This document shows, one piece after another, positions 1 through 13,700 of a DNA stretch of 64,000 nucleotides. Below the pieces are notes generated by a model that saw nothing but the letters and a program-made list of their open reading frames with translations, was not told the DNA's origin and did not search any database. The first letter of the stretch is position 1; every line of letters starts with the position of its first letter. Position numbers and translations under genes: made by a program. This stretch comes from Marsupella aquatica. Its lineage: Eukaryota; Plantae; Marchantiophyta. Location of the stretch: positions 14,849,037-14,913,036 of the forward strand of contig OZ316891.1 of NCBI GenBank assembly GCA_973895155.1, written 5' to 3'.

Positions 1-952
1 TTAGAGTTATGTTGCTTGAGATTATGTTTCAAGTGAATCAAATGGTCTTAATCAAACTCTCTTGGCAACCTTTTGTCCTTTCTTTCCTTCCTGATATGAA
101 CCAGAAGTACCCATTTGATCTAGTTGACCTGTTTTTCAAGCTTAAAAGTTCTTTTGAAGTTAGTCAACATTTCCTACATTGCTATATGGCAAACCTCTAT
201 TTCAGTCTACCAGGTTAATTTTATTTAGTCATCATTTTGGTCTTAATTGTAGCCTGTGAAGGTTGTTTTCTTTGTTATTCGATCAATTTTGAATTTAGTT
301 CAAACCCCCATATATCTTCTTTATTATTCTAATTTTTAATTGAAATGAGTCCTTATGTATGTTTTTCTTCATTTCTTTCTCTTCCCTGCCCTCCATAATT
401 TTTCCTGTCATCTTAGGGAAAAGAGTTAGAGGCAGGCTTCAAACTCCCATCCTCCAAGTCCCAATTGAATGTACCCACCACTGCAGTATAAGCTGATTCT
501 GTCATACGCAGACCTGTCATTAAATTTATTTAAGAGCTATGTGTCCCACACCCCTGGTCCGCATCTCAGTGTCTTGCGCATGTCCAAGACTTGCTGCACC
601 TGCACTTATTCATAATAAACTAAGTCATTTTCATTATTTTGTCTTAAATTGTGACTTTAATAAATTTAAATAAGATACCATAACATGTTTTTGAATAAGT
701 TAAGATAGGAAGGTATTTAAACAAGATGTCAACAATCGTGCCCACTTTTTCTTTCATTGCTCCCACTTCTTGTTGCAATCATTGTCCTTATAGTATATCC
801 ACCTGTGCTTGTTGCTCAAAACCAGGTTGCACTTCTCAATATGAACTAATAAATTGAATGGCTTTGAATGGCTTTGAAACCAATGATGACTATAGATAGT
901 TGATGACTATTAGAAATCTTAAGATTGGGCTAGACTGGTTAGTCTTATTGGG

Positions 953-1154
953 GACCATGATGTAATATATAAGGGTCATAACTTAATGACCCAAAATGAC
1001 TCATTAGTCTAGTTCACGATCGCATTCTTTGACCAAGTGGTCAGAATTTTGACGACCATGATGTAATATATAACGGTCATAATTGAATGACCCAAAATGA
1101 CTCATTAGTCTAGTTCACAATCGCATTCTTTGACCAAGTAGTCAGAATTTTGAC
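953..1154. repeat. Tandem duplication, 2 x 101 bp, ATGAC-rich
   Basis: GACCATGATGTAATATATAA...GTCAGAATTTTGAC occurs at 953 and 1054 with few mismatches. The ATGAC/GTCAT-rich composition resembles the CACTA subterminal regions at 24.1 and 35.6-36.3 kb, so it may be a TE remnant. Confidence 0.8.
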
Positions 1155-3245
1155 TCGACCTGAGGCGAATGCGGTCTGCACATAGGACTAGAACCATGAC
1201 TATAATAGACAAATGGAGACTCGTGAAAGTTAACTCATTACATCCCTAAAATCAAAGCACAAGCATACAAGTCTTACAGGAAAACACGAGAGACAAGATA
1301 ATTCTATAGATGGCTAAATAGATAATTCTATAGATGGCTAAATAATGGGATGTGCTAGTCAATCTTAGCAACATGCTTTGAGGGCAAAGGGAAACATTCA
1401 TATTCAGCCATTATGTAGTTGCCACATTATTTTAGCAAAGGCTCTAAATTGTGTTATCAGAAACTGTTCTTAAAACAAATGTCTAAAAACAGGAACTATG
1501 ATGGGACACACAACAATCAACAGGATGATGGGACACACAACAATCAACAGGATCATTCAATGCAGCACAAACAAAGAAACAAAGTACTACCAATGAAACA
1601 AAATACCAAATACCAATCAACAGACTTTAGCAGTTACAATTACCGACAGCAACATATTGGCAAGAATAGCAAAGAGAATGACTGAGCAATTGACAAAAAA
1701 GCACAATGAACAATGGTAACCTTGTCTGTCTCCTCAAGTATAGACATGTCAGTCAATGTGAAATTATACATGGACAAGAAACAACAAATAGAAACTGCTG
1801 AGCTGTGTGGCCACATGAAGCAACAATGCAAAGAGCAACTTCAAAAAAAGGGACCAGAGGAGCAAACGTAGCAGGGATCAGAGTTGAGCAATGCGGGCAG
1901 TGATGCAGCAAAAGGGAAGTATAGACAAGCAACACTTGTGCGCCGATTGTTCACAGCTTGCAAACAGCCTCCGACCACCTCCAGCTACGAACATGCTCAG
2001 ATGATTTAAGAAAAAGAATCAGGTATAAACTAAGCAGCAACATTGCAACGTTGACATTGGAAATGGGGCAGGTCACATACTTGTTTCAAAGCTCCTAAAA
2101 AAAGGGTAGTTGCTCGAACAAAGGAGAAGCTGAACACCAAAGCCACCGAAACTTCAAAGAGTAAACAAGTTGACAGCTCCTCGACCGCAACTGTCGCAAC
2201 TCCTACCCAACTGCAGCTGAGTGAACATAAGTACTTTGAGGGCAAGGACACATCAGCGATGAAACAAGGACGATGGCGCAAAATGGAGTAGGAATTGGCA
2301 GAATGAGTCCTGCGAACGTGGAGATACAAAATACAGACCCCGATCCTGCAATGTTGCAGCTATTGCAAATGCAGGCCCCAATCTTGCAGGCCTAAACTCT
2401 GCTCCCTTCCCGGCTCCATTCCCAACTTCCTCCTGCTCCCTTCCCAGCTGCTGTGACCAAAATTTCACTGCCTCTGCGAGCTTCGCAGTCCACCTTACAG
2501 AACAGAGCGATCACCTCCCTTCAAGTCCGCCTTCATCACCTTCCGCAAAGAGTAGCAATCGCCGTCCGCAATAGCAGAAATGATATCCCTCAAGTCGAAT
2601 GCCTTCCGCAGCAGGAGCGATCACCTCCGCTGAAGCAGCTTCGACGGAACACAGAGCAATGGGAGCGGGCAACGACTGGACAGACAGCACCAAAAGTTCC
2701 ACAAAACCACGAGGAAACCTCAAAGTGGAACAAAACAAGGCAGAAAACGAGGAAACGAGGCAAATGACAAAAACCCTAGCACCACGCAACACTAGATGTT
2801 GATCGGGACCAAATTAAGGAAGGGACGACATGTCATACCATAAACGGGAACAGGGAACGGGAATTTTTTTGATGGTGGGATGGACTCCATCCAATGGACC
2901 ATGAAAAACCCCACACCCCCTTAAGATGTTACCCCCCACCTATGACATCTAACCCCCCCCCCCCCCCCTAAACCCTCTTTAGTGACAACCCGGCCACCCC
3001 CTAGCCTTGAGATACAAACCCGTCCTAAATGTACCAATTTTGGTGTAAATGAGACATTAGGGCATTTCAACATTTTTGGAGTCTGTGTTCAATATAGTCA
3101 GATGTTTGCTGTAAAGAGGTCGGCGAATTAGTTCTACAATAGTAAAAAAGTACTATATAATTGAAATAAAACACTTCATGTATAGACCTGTGCTTGTCCA
3201 TATGGTAAAATAGTAACCACCTGGGCTAATGTTTAAAAAAACATT

Positions 3246-3696
3246 TTACTAATCTGCCCCCCAAACTACCCCCCAAACAAAATTTATTATCAACCCGCTC
3301 CCCATTTTGTATTGAGTTCAGTATTAACTCACTATTGGCATTAGCATTAATGTAGCTGCCAGCACCCCCCACGGCGGCCCCTTTCCCCGTTGGAGGGCAC
3401 AGTTGCAGGTCTGGGAAGGGCAACATACTTCATTTTTTGCTCCACACTCCCCTCACAAAAACCCAACACTTTTGGACCTCATTTTTAGTCAGGAAAACAC
3501 AGCGGGGAAGGGACCCGAGGGGGGTGGCGGAGGGTTAAGGCTAGCCAATAGTGAGTTGCCACATGGCAAAGAGAACCCATATACAAGTTAATACTAACTT
3601 GAGTATGAAATAGGGGAGGGGTTGATAATGAATTTTGTTTATAGGGGACATGTTAATATATCTGGTAGTTTGGTAGTTTGGGGGACAGGTTAGTAA
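3246..3696. mobile_element. MITE-like element with imperfect ~85-110 bp terminal inverted repeats
   Basis: 3246-3329 (TTACTAATCTGCCCCCCAAACTACC...TTATCAACCC...AGTATTAACT) is the imperfect reverse complement of 3586-3696 (AGTTAATACT...GGGTTGATAA...GGTAGTTTGGGGGACAGGTTAGTAA). No coding capacity, and no TSD could be resolved. Confidence 0.55.
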
Positions 3697-4005
3697 CATA
3701 GTGATGTTTAATTCAAGAAGAAAATGGGTGCTTGGCTATGGTTGGCTCTTGGTTCGGTGGACAGATGATCGCGAGTCAAAGTGCATGCTACCAAAGAGTA
3801 CTGTACTCCAATTGGAATTTCCTTCAGGTTCCCCGATGCTCGAGGTCCTCGAATGGGACTTCACTAAAAATCTAGAACCATAACATCGTAAAAGTGAGGA
3901 GCAACATTGGCAAACGAACAAAACCCATAATTTGTACGAGCGTTTGCTACAGTTCCGACATCGGTGAAGGGTTCCGAACCGAATACAGTGCATCAAGTTG
4001 TCGAG

Positions 4006-6262
4006 ATGGTAGCTATGGCGTTTTCCGCTCAGTGTCGACTCTTGGGAGCTGGGCACGCTGTTGTTCCGGTGATAGCGGCTCGCTTCTCGCCATCGCCGGC
4101 ATCTTTATCCGCAGCTTCTCCTCGTTTCGTGCGAATTCGAGCTTCCGCTTCTTCTGCTTCGTCATCCCCTCCTGTTGTTGAATCATCTTCGGACGCAGCA
4201 GCTTCTAGCTCATCTGTGTCTCCTGTCTCTGAGCCTGAATCTGCTTCCATCAGTACTCTCGAGATCCCGCCTCCTGCTCTAGCAACTTCCACCTCACTGT
4301 TGTCGAGGACTCCCCAATTGGTGTTGCCAGAAGGCGCTGCTGGTACGCCATTTCGATCTATTGACGCATCTGATTACGTTTCGTTTAGAACTTACAAGCC
4401 GACTTCCTTGCCAATTTATTGTAGAAAAGGACAAGGATGGAGGGACGGATAGCTCAAATCGATCCGAGCAAGTCTATTTTAAATTGTCCTTATCGCCGAA
4501 GAGATTTACAGCAAGTGCATATTGAACTGAATTGTTTTGAATTGGCTTAGGAATTCTCTCCTGGAACCGTCATGCCGAGGTAGCATGAGCTACGGGATTC
4601 CATCGGACTTCATTGCCTTCATTTCGTTGATTTGAGTTGAAATATCTGAGAGACAGGGGAGGGGGGACCTATGCTCGGGAATAGGCGAAGTAGGAGCGAA
4701 AATTGGACTGTCTACGAACCCATCACAAACACAGAATCGTGAAGGAGAGGAGCTGCATAGGTATCATACGTTATATATTCTACGCTACCGAGGCGGATTG
4801 ATGACTGAAAAAAGGGATGGAGTTAGGGAGAAATGAGCAGCCTCTCCCATAACATGGGACTAGAGAGAATAGGAAAGAGAGCTGTGCTGATGAAATTAGT
4901 GGGAAAATGCAGGATTGGCGCAAGTGGACCACTACAGAGTTCTAAGGATCCCTTTTGGATCCTCGCTTGATGAGGTGATTTCAAAATCCGTATCATTTCG
5001 CTGTCTACTGAATTGGTTCAAACGGGGGACAAGTCAGCGATGGTAATTACTCTGTTGTACGAGCTGACATTATATCGCAGGGGAGGCCCGTTGCTTCGGC
5101 TTCATTCTTAAATTTGAGTCTCTTTGGCAGTTAGAAAATCCTTGCAAATCAGACCTACCACCGGGGCCTGACGCAAGAGCCGTATTTAACCTGACCATTT
5201 CGTATGTTTGATCAGATAGCCCAGGCATACAAAGATAGACTCGAGGAAGTGAAGAATCTAGAAAACGAAATGGGGAAGGAAGCAGCAGATGATAAGCTTC
5301 GTTCTCTGCAGGTTTGTCCATTATACCATGATATTGAATCAACGGAGCTATTCACGATTTTCTTGCCCTTCGCTCGGTTGCCTCTCGATTGGAACGTAGT
5401 ATACCTATACATATCTCACTTTTAGCAAAGATATTACTTTCCGTGTTCCATTTTAGCAAAGATATTAGTTCTTGTCCTGGTGGTAAGGCTGGCTTACTGA
5501 GTATGCTAACAACGCCCAGGGTACACAACGCGCCAGAAGTCTTGGTAAATTGGGCTTTCCATGGCGATGGCCAAAACCTTGGACAATTGAATCGAATCCT
5601 TTGGTGTCTAATGATACTGTCATGCCCATATCATTGTCTTTCAGGTTGCTTATGATATTCTGAATTCCGAGGAAGAAAGAAAGGTTTACGACTGGGTCTT
5701 GCAACGTTATAACAATCGTTTGAGGGACACTTACATATGGCCTTACGAAACGGACATCACTCAGAGATACACTAACAAGGGACCCGCTCCAGTGGTGAGT
5801 CGTCCTGAATATATGCCTAATTTAGGGGGATGGTTTAGTTGAGTCCCTCATCTCGTTGGCATGATTACTAGCATCATCTGTTGTATGTGTTCAGACTGTC
5901 GGTAATGGGCAGAGAGTGACCTATCTTTGTTATGGCTGCTCCTGCCCGTATTCAAGTTCAATCAATTGCGGTTCCCTTTGTTTTAATTTGTCGGTTTACG
6001 ATGGCTTTGCATATGCAGGCAATGCGTGGGTTCTGTGTCTTTCTTAAGAGCATATTGAGTTTACTTCTATGGAATAAAAATCCTTTGTCTGTTTTGAGGG
6101 TTTTAACAAGGCTCTACTTCTGTTGTCCTGCAGATGAGGAGTTTCGACCAAGAAGGAAACAATAGAGTAGGGTTGTTTTTTCTCGGCTGGGTAATTCTTT
6201 CAATCGTCCTCAGCTTATCAATGAAGACTTGGATACCCTACCCCCATTATCGCAATCTCTGA
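4006..6262 (+). CDS. ndhU: Chloroplast NDH subunit U (CRRL)-like J-domain-like protein, 5 exons: 4006-4342, 4913-4974, 5216-5311, 5645-5794, 6134-6262 (~257 aa)
   Basis: All introns are GT-AG and phase-compatible. The spliced product has a Ser/Ala-rich transit-peptide-like N-terminus, then VDHYRVLRIPFGSSLDE|IAQAYKDRLEEV...|VAYDILNSEEERKVYDW...YIWPYETDITQ|...VGLFFLGWVILSIVLSLS. This is a J-like domain lacking HPD, followed by a YxWPxExDI motif and a C-terminal TM helix, matching the plant NdhU/CRRL architecture as recalled. Confidence 0.85.
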
Positions 6263-8088
6263 ATGGTTGGATTTTGGGCTTAATCACAGCTGCTCCGTAT
6301 TATATTGGTTTTCATTGTTTGACTTCGCATTCTCATTCCTCGAATTGAGCAATTGTAATCTAAGCAACTTCAATGTCAAATTAAGTGTTCTCTGGCTACG
6401 GTTAAAGCATGTATCCCTTCTTGTACGTTTTTGTCTATTCTTAGATGTAAGTTCATCGCCTGATTGGGTGGTATCCATTCGCTTCTCCACAGTGTGGGTG
6501 ATTCTTGTTCCTTTCTGGAGACTCCTGTCCGCGAATTCTGTTTGGTGCAGGATAAGATTCCCTTCGAAATCCCCTTGGTGTAAACCCTAGGGTAAAAATA
6601 ACAACGTCGCCGAGCCTAGAGTTCCGTGCAGAAATCTTATAAGTACTCCCTATAAGTCATCAGGCTATGAAGTAAATTGACCGCCACTTGAACCGAATAT
6701 GGAAACAGGTGAAGAAGACTGGACTCGAGAGCATGTCAGTAGCTAGGTGCTGACGTCATGTGCAGATTACGCAGGCTCAATATCTTGTGGGTTTTGAAAT
6801 CAGAAAAGAGAATTACTCGTTCGTCGTTGTAGATGGAATGATATAGTAAGGTGCAGTAGAGTAGGAAGGTACACTGTGCATTCATGTGCCTGGAGCATGC
6901 TGGGCAAGGCACAGCCCAACTACCTTTGAGGTTTTGCTACAAAATAGTCTCAACAGCAGAACTATTTTCAGCACTAATATAGCTCATCTCAGCACAGTGG
7001 AGCTACGCCTCAAACGGTGCACAATTTTAGCTTAGAAAGGGGACCAGACCCGACCATCATCTGCACTAGTCTCATTTTGTAGTATCCCCTATGGCCTCTT
7101 ATCCAGTGACTGCTCTTCGATCCGTCGGCATGTAAGTATGAATGCCGTAAATCTAGGCCCATTGTCGTGTCAACGATCACAACTCTCGTGTTTTGTTATT
7201 TGTAGTTTGTCAAGAAACGGCGTCTCCTTCAGCAGTGTGAAGACTCTAATTGTGAAGGATGTGGTTTTACCCGATTACGGATTTTTCACCTAAAAGATGG
7301 TCCATACGCTTTGCCACCAAATGGGAGGTTTATGATCTCCATGACCACTTCTTCTGCATGACTATTCCAAATAGACTTTCACAGAGTTCCTGCCGTGCTC
7401 TATAGTTCTGCCTGTCTATTGCCAGCTCCTTGGAAGCCAGTCTGCCTATAATGCGCCGAAGGTACTAGTGATGAGTCTGCCACCTTCTTTTTGCATATGG
7501 TTCCGTTTGGATTTTGTTTGCATCTGCTCCCACAACATTTATGAGCATCGCACGTGGAGTTGCGAGTTCATGGTTTACGGCGTATGCTCCTCCTTGAGTT
7601 CTCCTAAGCTAGATTTTAATTCGTGTGGATAAAACCATCATGTGGATAAAACCACTCCTAGGAGCACAATGTCAGTGTCTCTTTGCGTCCTTCTTTCGGA
7701 GTTGCATGATGTGTTGGGACCTTCTCCCACTTATTTCATTTCTTTTGGCATTTTGTCTCGTCGTCACCTTCACGTTTTCCATCATTAAAACGAGGTCGCG
7801 TGTTGGTTTTTTGTGGTTCTACGTTTCTTGGACTTTTTCGCCACTTCAAACCCAACGACTCTGTATATCAGTATGCTTCTACAAGCAGGACTTAACAAGA
7901 TAATTCGCATTCGGAAGACTTCTTGCTGTTCATTTTTGCTTTCTTTGTTTTGAAGGCATTCTTTGTTGAGAAGTAAAACGATATCTAGGAAACGTTGTTC
8001 CTTCTTTAGGGAGTGTGATATGCTTGGTGGACCCCTCCAACAGAAAACTGTGCTTCATCAGCCCGCCCCCCTCCTGCTTTTTTTCCCT

Positions 8089-8420
8089 GATCGATCCCCT
8101 CTTAATGAAGGGTAGAGGATTGGTCAACTAGGACCACACTTGGTCAATTGTGACTACAGGCCCCCGACAATGAGCTTTGCCCAGTTTTGATCGATCCCCT
8201 CTTAATGAAAGGTAGAGGATTGGTCAACTAGGACCACACTTGGTCAATTGTGACTACAGGCCCCCGACAATGAGCTTTGCCCAGTTTTGATGTGACTGCA
8301 CTAAGGTCAAACTACAGGTGTTGAATGGGGGTGGTCATACAGGCCCTGACAATGAGCTGTGCCCAGTTTTGATGTGACTGCACAAAGGTCAAACTACAGG
8401 TGTTGAAGGGGGATGGTCAT
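8089..8420. repeat. Tandem duplications (2 x 100 bp followed by ~82-bp related units)
   Basis: GATCGATCCCCTCTTAATGAA...GCCCAGTTTT starts at 8089 and 8189. GATGTGACTGCAC..AAGGTCAAACTACAGG is repeated at ~8289 and ~8371. Confidence 0.8.
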
Positions 8421-8923
8421 TGTTGTCCTTCTTGGGACAGGCGCCTCATTTCCCTGCTGGGATGGTCATTGCTGTTGTTCTTGGGACAGGCACCTCATTT
8501 CTGTGCTGCCCAAACTACAAGATTAGTGATGAATGTCTTCTGTTTCATGAACATCATTATTTGTTTTGGCAATTCTTTCAAATAGATCTTTTTGAGGCCC
8601 ATTTTGCAAAAACTACTACATTTTGAGTGTGACCTGAAGACAATGTCCACAAAATCTTCCAAACCCACCAGTATCAGTCATTCACCCCCGGCCTGTTAGG
8701 TATTTACTCAAGGTCTAGGGTTACGACATGTAACCATAGTTAGACTAACCGTAGTCGGAGATGTGGTTAGGTTAACTAGGATGCACACTATATGCCAAGC
8801 GGTGTTTGTTTGGATAAGTGGAACTTAAGCTCATTGTTATGGAGCCACTTGAGAGATGAGGAGAGCTTACACTGTAAAGACTTGGTATGGCCGACGGGCT
8901 TAGAATTCAGTAAAGCTCTCTTG

Positions 8924-9380
8924 TGTTGGGTATTTACTCTTACGTCTAGGTTAGGTATGACGTGGTTGGTACAACAACGTGGGTTGGTACAACAACGTGG
9001 GTTGGTACAACAACGTGGGTTGGTACAACTACATGGTTAGGTACAACTACGTGATTAGGTACAACTATGTGGTTAGGTACAACTACGTGATTAGGTACAA
9101 CTATGTGATTAGGTACAACTAAGTTGCATACTATATCATAAGAGGCATGTGTGCTTGGAGAGGTAGAACCAAGGCTCATTGTTATGGAGCCACTTGAGAG
9201 ATAGGGAGAGCTTACACTGTGGAGACTCGGTATAGTCGACGGGCTTAGAGTTCAATAAAGTTCTCTTGTGTGTTCCCGTGGACGTAGCCTCAAGGAGGTG
9301 AACCACGTATCTCTTGTGTCGACTATTGTGCGTTGGATGGTTCATGGGCTTGCCGTTGCGATCGTCGTCTATGCTCAACA
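8924..9380 (+). repeat. 5' LTR (457 bp) containing 9 copies of an 18-bp unit
   Basis: Runs TGTTGGGTATTTACTC...ATGCTCAACA. The GTACAAC(A/T)A(C/T)GTG(G/A)TT(G/A)G-type unit occurs nine times at ~8968-9120. Confidence 0.95.
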
Positions 9381-10716
9381 ATTGGTATTAGAGCATGCTT
9401 GGGAGGTGACGTGTGTTCGTGACGGGATTTCATGACGGTTTTTCCAGCGTTGAGTGTCGGTGGATTTCCCAGAGTTCCGTCCCATGGAACTTGGAGTTTA
9501 TGGGCTCAACGGATAGATCAGGGCAAGAGCTTTCTAACGGTGTGAAGAAATTGCTGAACGGAGCTCGTGGTGTAGAGAGATCTAAGTTTTTGTCGTTCTG
9601 GATTTTGTGAAGAAAGTTGGCAATCGACTCGGAGGGAGAAGCGTCAAGTGTTTTGACTCAACGGAGAGATTGAGGCAAGGCGATTGTTTTGAGTCCGGGA
9701 TTGGCTCTTTGATGCAAAGAGGAAGGCTAAGCAAAATCAATTACCTTGTTGGACTTGGTGACGGCACCAAGTGCAATTGATCAACATTCGTTGTTGACAA
9801 GGTACCATTTTTTTCTCTTTGAAAAACAGATTCGAAATTGGCTATGGCAATTGAGAGAAATCTGTCATCTTTACCAATTTTTTTCTCCCTCGTTCTTTCC
9901 TTGTTTTGGGTGCTTCTTATATCAATCTTCACCGCCTCGGAGTCTAGTTTCCAAATCTGAAATCAGATCTTGATTTCGTCAAAACCCGAGTGAGATATCT
10001 TGCGTTTGGTGTCAAGGGGTACATTCTGCCGTGTGTATTTTCTGCGCGCGCGACCAGATTTCGACGACGAAGGGTGGTAGGGGGTTTTGGGGGTTCGAGG
10101 ACACGTGTCAGCCCCTCGATTGTTCTTCCAAAATTCCCACAGGGCCTGTACAAGGGTCATAGAATATTCCAAAAAACCAGAGAGCTATTTTTTGACCGTC
10201 CGACAAATATTTCATCCGCCGAACGGTAACTTTTTTGGTTATTTTTCGGCGAGGTCGTAGCCATTGAAGTTGGCAACGCGGCGCACCAATCACATCGCAA
10301 TTCCGACAACGGGTTGTACTTGGTATTTCGGTTATTCCCTGAGGTGGTCAAAACGGAGGAGTTTCCCAAGGTTTTACCCACCTCGACCGAAATTTGAATA
10401 ACTTTTTCGTCAAATTTCGATTTTGATTTCGGTTTTCAGTATTGGACTCCTAACTTTGTGGGCTACGCGGCGGTGTTGAGTTTCGAGTTTTTTGAGAAGT
10501 TGTGAAAAACAACATTTTTTGTGATTTTCTCATATGAGTGATTCGGAGGAGTTTTTCGAAGATGTGGAACTTGAAGCATGAGGATCACCGCGGAGGTTTC
10601 AGGGGCAGAGAGAGGAGCGGGAGGAAGAGCACGTGACACCGATACCATCACCGGTGCGGCATGTGGTGGAGGAAGCAGTACTACTACCGGAGCTCACGGT
10701 AGTGCCAAAGAACAAG

Positions 10717-13700
10717 ATGGGGACTTTCGAGCTTGGGGGACCCAAGTATGAAGTGACAAAGTATGATGGGCGCTCTGACTACTTGCTATGGGAGAAGCAG
10801 GTGAAGGGAGTGCTCTATGCGTCAGGGATGGGCCAACTGCTGAGCCCTCGTGAAGACGATGTTGATGAGAAACAATGGGACCGCATGCAGGAGCAGGGAG
10901 TGTGGTGTGTTATACTCTATCTCATGCCTCCCATCATCAAGCAGTTGGGTGCACATAAGGATTGCATGTCCTTGTTTGCGGAATTGCAGAGCAAGTATCA
11001 CCGCAAGGAGTTGTCGAACCGGCTTTACACTCCTACAAACTGATGAGTTTCAGGATGAAGGAATCCGGTACGAAGTTGCAAGACCATGTGGATGCTTTCA
11101 ACGACATGGTCGTTGACTTGGAAAACCTTGGGGAGACTTTGAATGATGAGACGAAGGCTCTGCAGCTTCTTAGTTCATTGTCTCCATCTTACCAGTCCCT
11201 ATCACGAGTGTTGTTGCATCGTGATAGGGATACCATTTCATACAATGACGTGGTAAGTTCTCTGCTTAGTGATGATCTTCAGCAGAAGATGCACATCACG
11301 TCACAGCCTTCATCATCTGGTGTTGCCCTTAATGTTAACCGTGGGAGGAGTATGCAGCGACCAACTGGGGACCGTAGAACCTAGTTTAGATCTAAATCCA
11401 GATCTAAGTCCAAGGGTAAATCCCCTCAGAGGAGGCAGGTGACATGTTGGAAGTGCGACCAAGTTTGACACTTCAAGCGAGATTGTAAGGGAAAGGCAGC
11501 CGAAACTTCATCGGCAAATGTGGCTAGGGCTGATGGAGAAGCTGATTTACTCAATGATGAGTATGTTTTATGAAGCCGGGGGTATGCCCTGTGCACGTCA
11601 TCTAGGAGAGCAGATGATGTGTGGATTCTTGATTGTGCTTGCTCTTTTCATATTTGTTACATTCATGAGTTTTTCAGTTTTTATTATGTTTCAAACGGTT
11701 CAGTTCTGATGGGAAATGATCACTCCTGTCAAATTGAGGGAATTGGGTCTGTGAAGATTCAAATGTTTGATGGCGCTGTGCGCACAGTGTCCGGAGTCAA
11801 GTATGTATCTGGCATGCGTAAGAATCTGATTTCACTCGGTGTGTTGGATTCAAATGGTCATCAATGGAGCGTTATTGATGGTGAACTTCAAGTCAGGTCG
11901 GGAGAGACAGTGATTTTGAAGGGGAGTAGACAAAAGAATTTGTATGTGTTACAGGGCAATACTGTATGTGGAGAGGCCAATGTAACCAAGTCTCACGAGG
12001 AGATGACTCAACTGTGGCATTCACGGCTAGGCCACATGAGTGAGAAGGGTTTGGCTATCTTACGGAAAAATGGACTCATTTCTGATTTGCAATCTTGTAA
12101 ATTAGAGTTTTGTGAGCATTGCATTCTTGGAAAGCAGCATTGTCGTGCTTTTGGTGTTGGAACTCATCGTTCCAAAGCGGTTCTTGAGTACATACATAGT
12201 GACGTGTGGGGTCCATCCCCGACTCTCTCACACTCTGGAAAGTTGTACTATGTATCATTTATTGATGATTACTCAAGATTTGTGTGGATTTATTTCATGA
12301 CGCATAAGTCTGATGTCTTGTCCATTTTTAAGAAGTGAAAGGCCCAGATGGAGAATCAGACTGGAAACACGATCAAGTGTTTGGATACAAGGGTGAAGAG
12401 TCTGAGGTCAGACAACGGCGGGGAGTACACTTCAATGGAATTTGAAGAATACTGTTCAGAACAAGGGATAACTCGCCATCTCACCACAGTTTATACTCTG
12501 CAGCAGAATGGTGTCGCTGAGAGACTCAATCGGACACTGTTGGAGCGGTCACGGAGTATGTTGAGCCAATCAGGTTTACCACAAGAATTTTGGGCAGAAG
12601 CTGTCAATACCGCAGCTTATTTGGTAAATCTTTCTCCTTCTAGTGCTATCAATTTCAAAACGCCGTTTGAGATGCGCTATAAGCGGCAAGCAGACTATCA
12701 TGGCTTGGTAGTTTTTGGAAGTGATGCATATGCTCTCACACCGAAGCAAAATAGGACCAAGTTGGATCCTACCTCCAAGAAATGTGTTTTTCTTGGGTAC
12801 CAAAGTGGTGTGAAAGCCTATAGGCTATGGGATCCTATTGCCTGTAAGCTCGTTGTCAGTAGGGATGTTTCATTCAATGAATCCAGATTATTGAATGAGG
12901 GGGAGAATACTCAGATCTCCCGTACTGACAAAGGAAAATCTCATATCCCGGATCTCGTTGAGGGAGAGATTGGTTATGAGGTGCATGACCGGAGAGAAGG
13001 AGTTGCTCCAATTATGGAGCTGGTTCCTGTGCCAGAGGAACCAGAGGAGTTTGTTGATGCTGGTGAGCAGCAAGTGGATGCTGGTGAGCAACAAGTGGAT
13101 GCTGTTGAGCTTCAAATTGTACCAGCACACGCAGATCAACCGGAGTCATCGGCTAGAAGAACATCTGGTCGCACTGTACGCGCTCCACCAAGGTATGGAC
13201 AGTGGGTTGATTCATCTCAACTGCAAGAGGATGATTTTACAGCTGATGATGAGGGTGATGCGTTAATTTTGGAAGAAGGGGAACCTTCTTCATTTCATGA
13301 GGCAAGTGCTTCAAAGGAGAAGCAGAAGTGGACTGCAGCAATGCAAACGGAGATGCAGTCACTAAAGGACAACAAAACTTTGGAACTTGTTAAGCTGCCT
13401 AAGGGTCAGCAAGTGGTGGACAGCAAGTGGATTTACAAGCTGAAGGATAATTCTATAGGAGGTGGATCGAAGGTCTACAAGGCTAGGTTGGTAGCAAAGG
13501 GATTCACACAAGAGAAAGGTGTGGATTACAATGAGGTCTTCTCACTAGTTGCTAAGTACTCTACAATACGACTATTGTGTGTACTTGTTGTAATGTTTGG
13601 TCTGCTGCTAGATCAGATGGATGTTGTCACAGCTTTTCTCTATGGCACATTGGAAGAGGTGATCTTCATGAGACAACCGCTAGGTTTTGTGAAGAGAGGA

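Noticed and set aside
1-2800. Possible decayed coding or TE sequence with exon-like patches and short duplications
   Set aside because: Many stops in all frames, and no motif or element boundary I can support.
4029-4292. Acidic minus-strand ORF (MEVARAGGG...)
   Set aside because: It is the antisense shadow of the Ser-rich exon 1 of the NdhU-like gene.
8960-9120. Regularly spaced GTACAAC repeats, CRISPR-like at a glance
   Set aside because: These are contiguous 18-bp tandem units without unique spacers, inside an LTR of a eukaryotic retrotransposon, with no cas genes.
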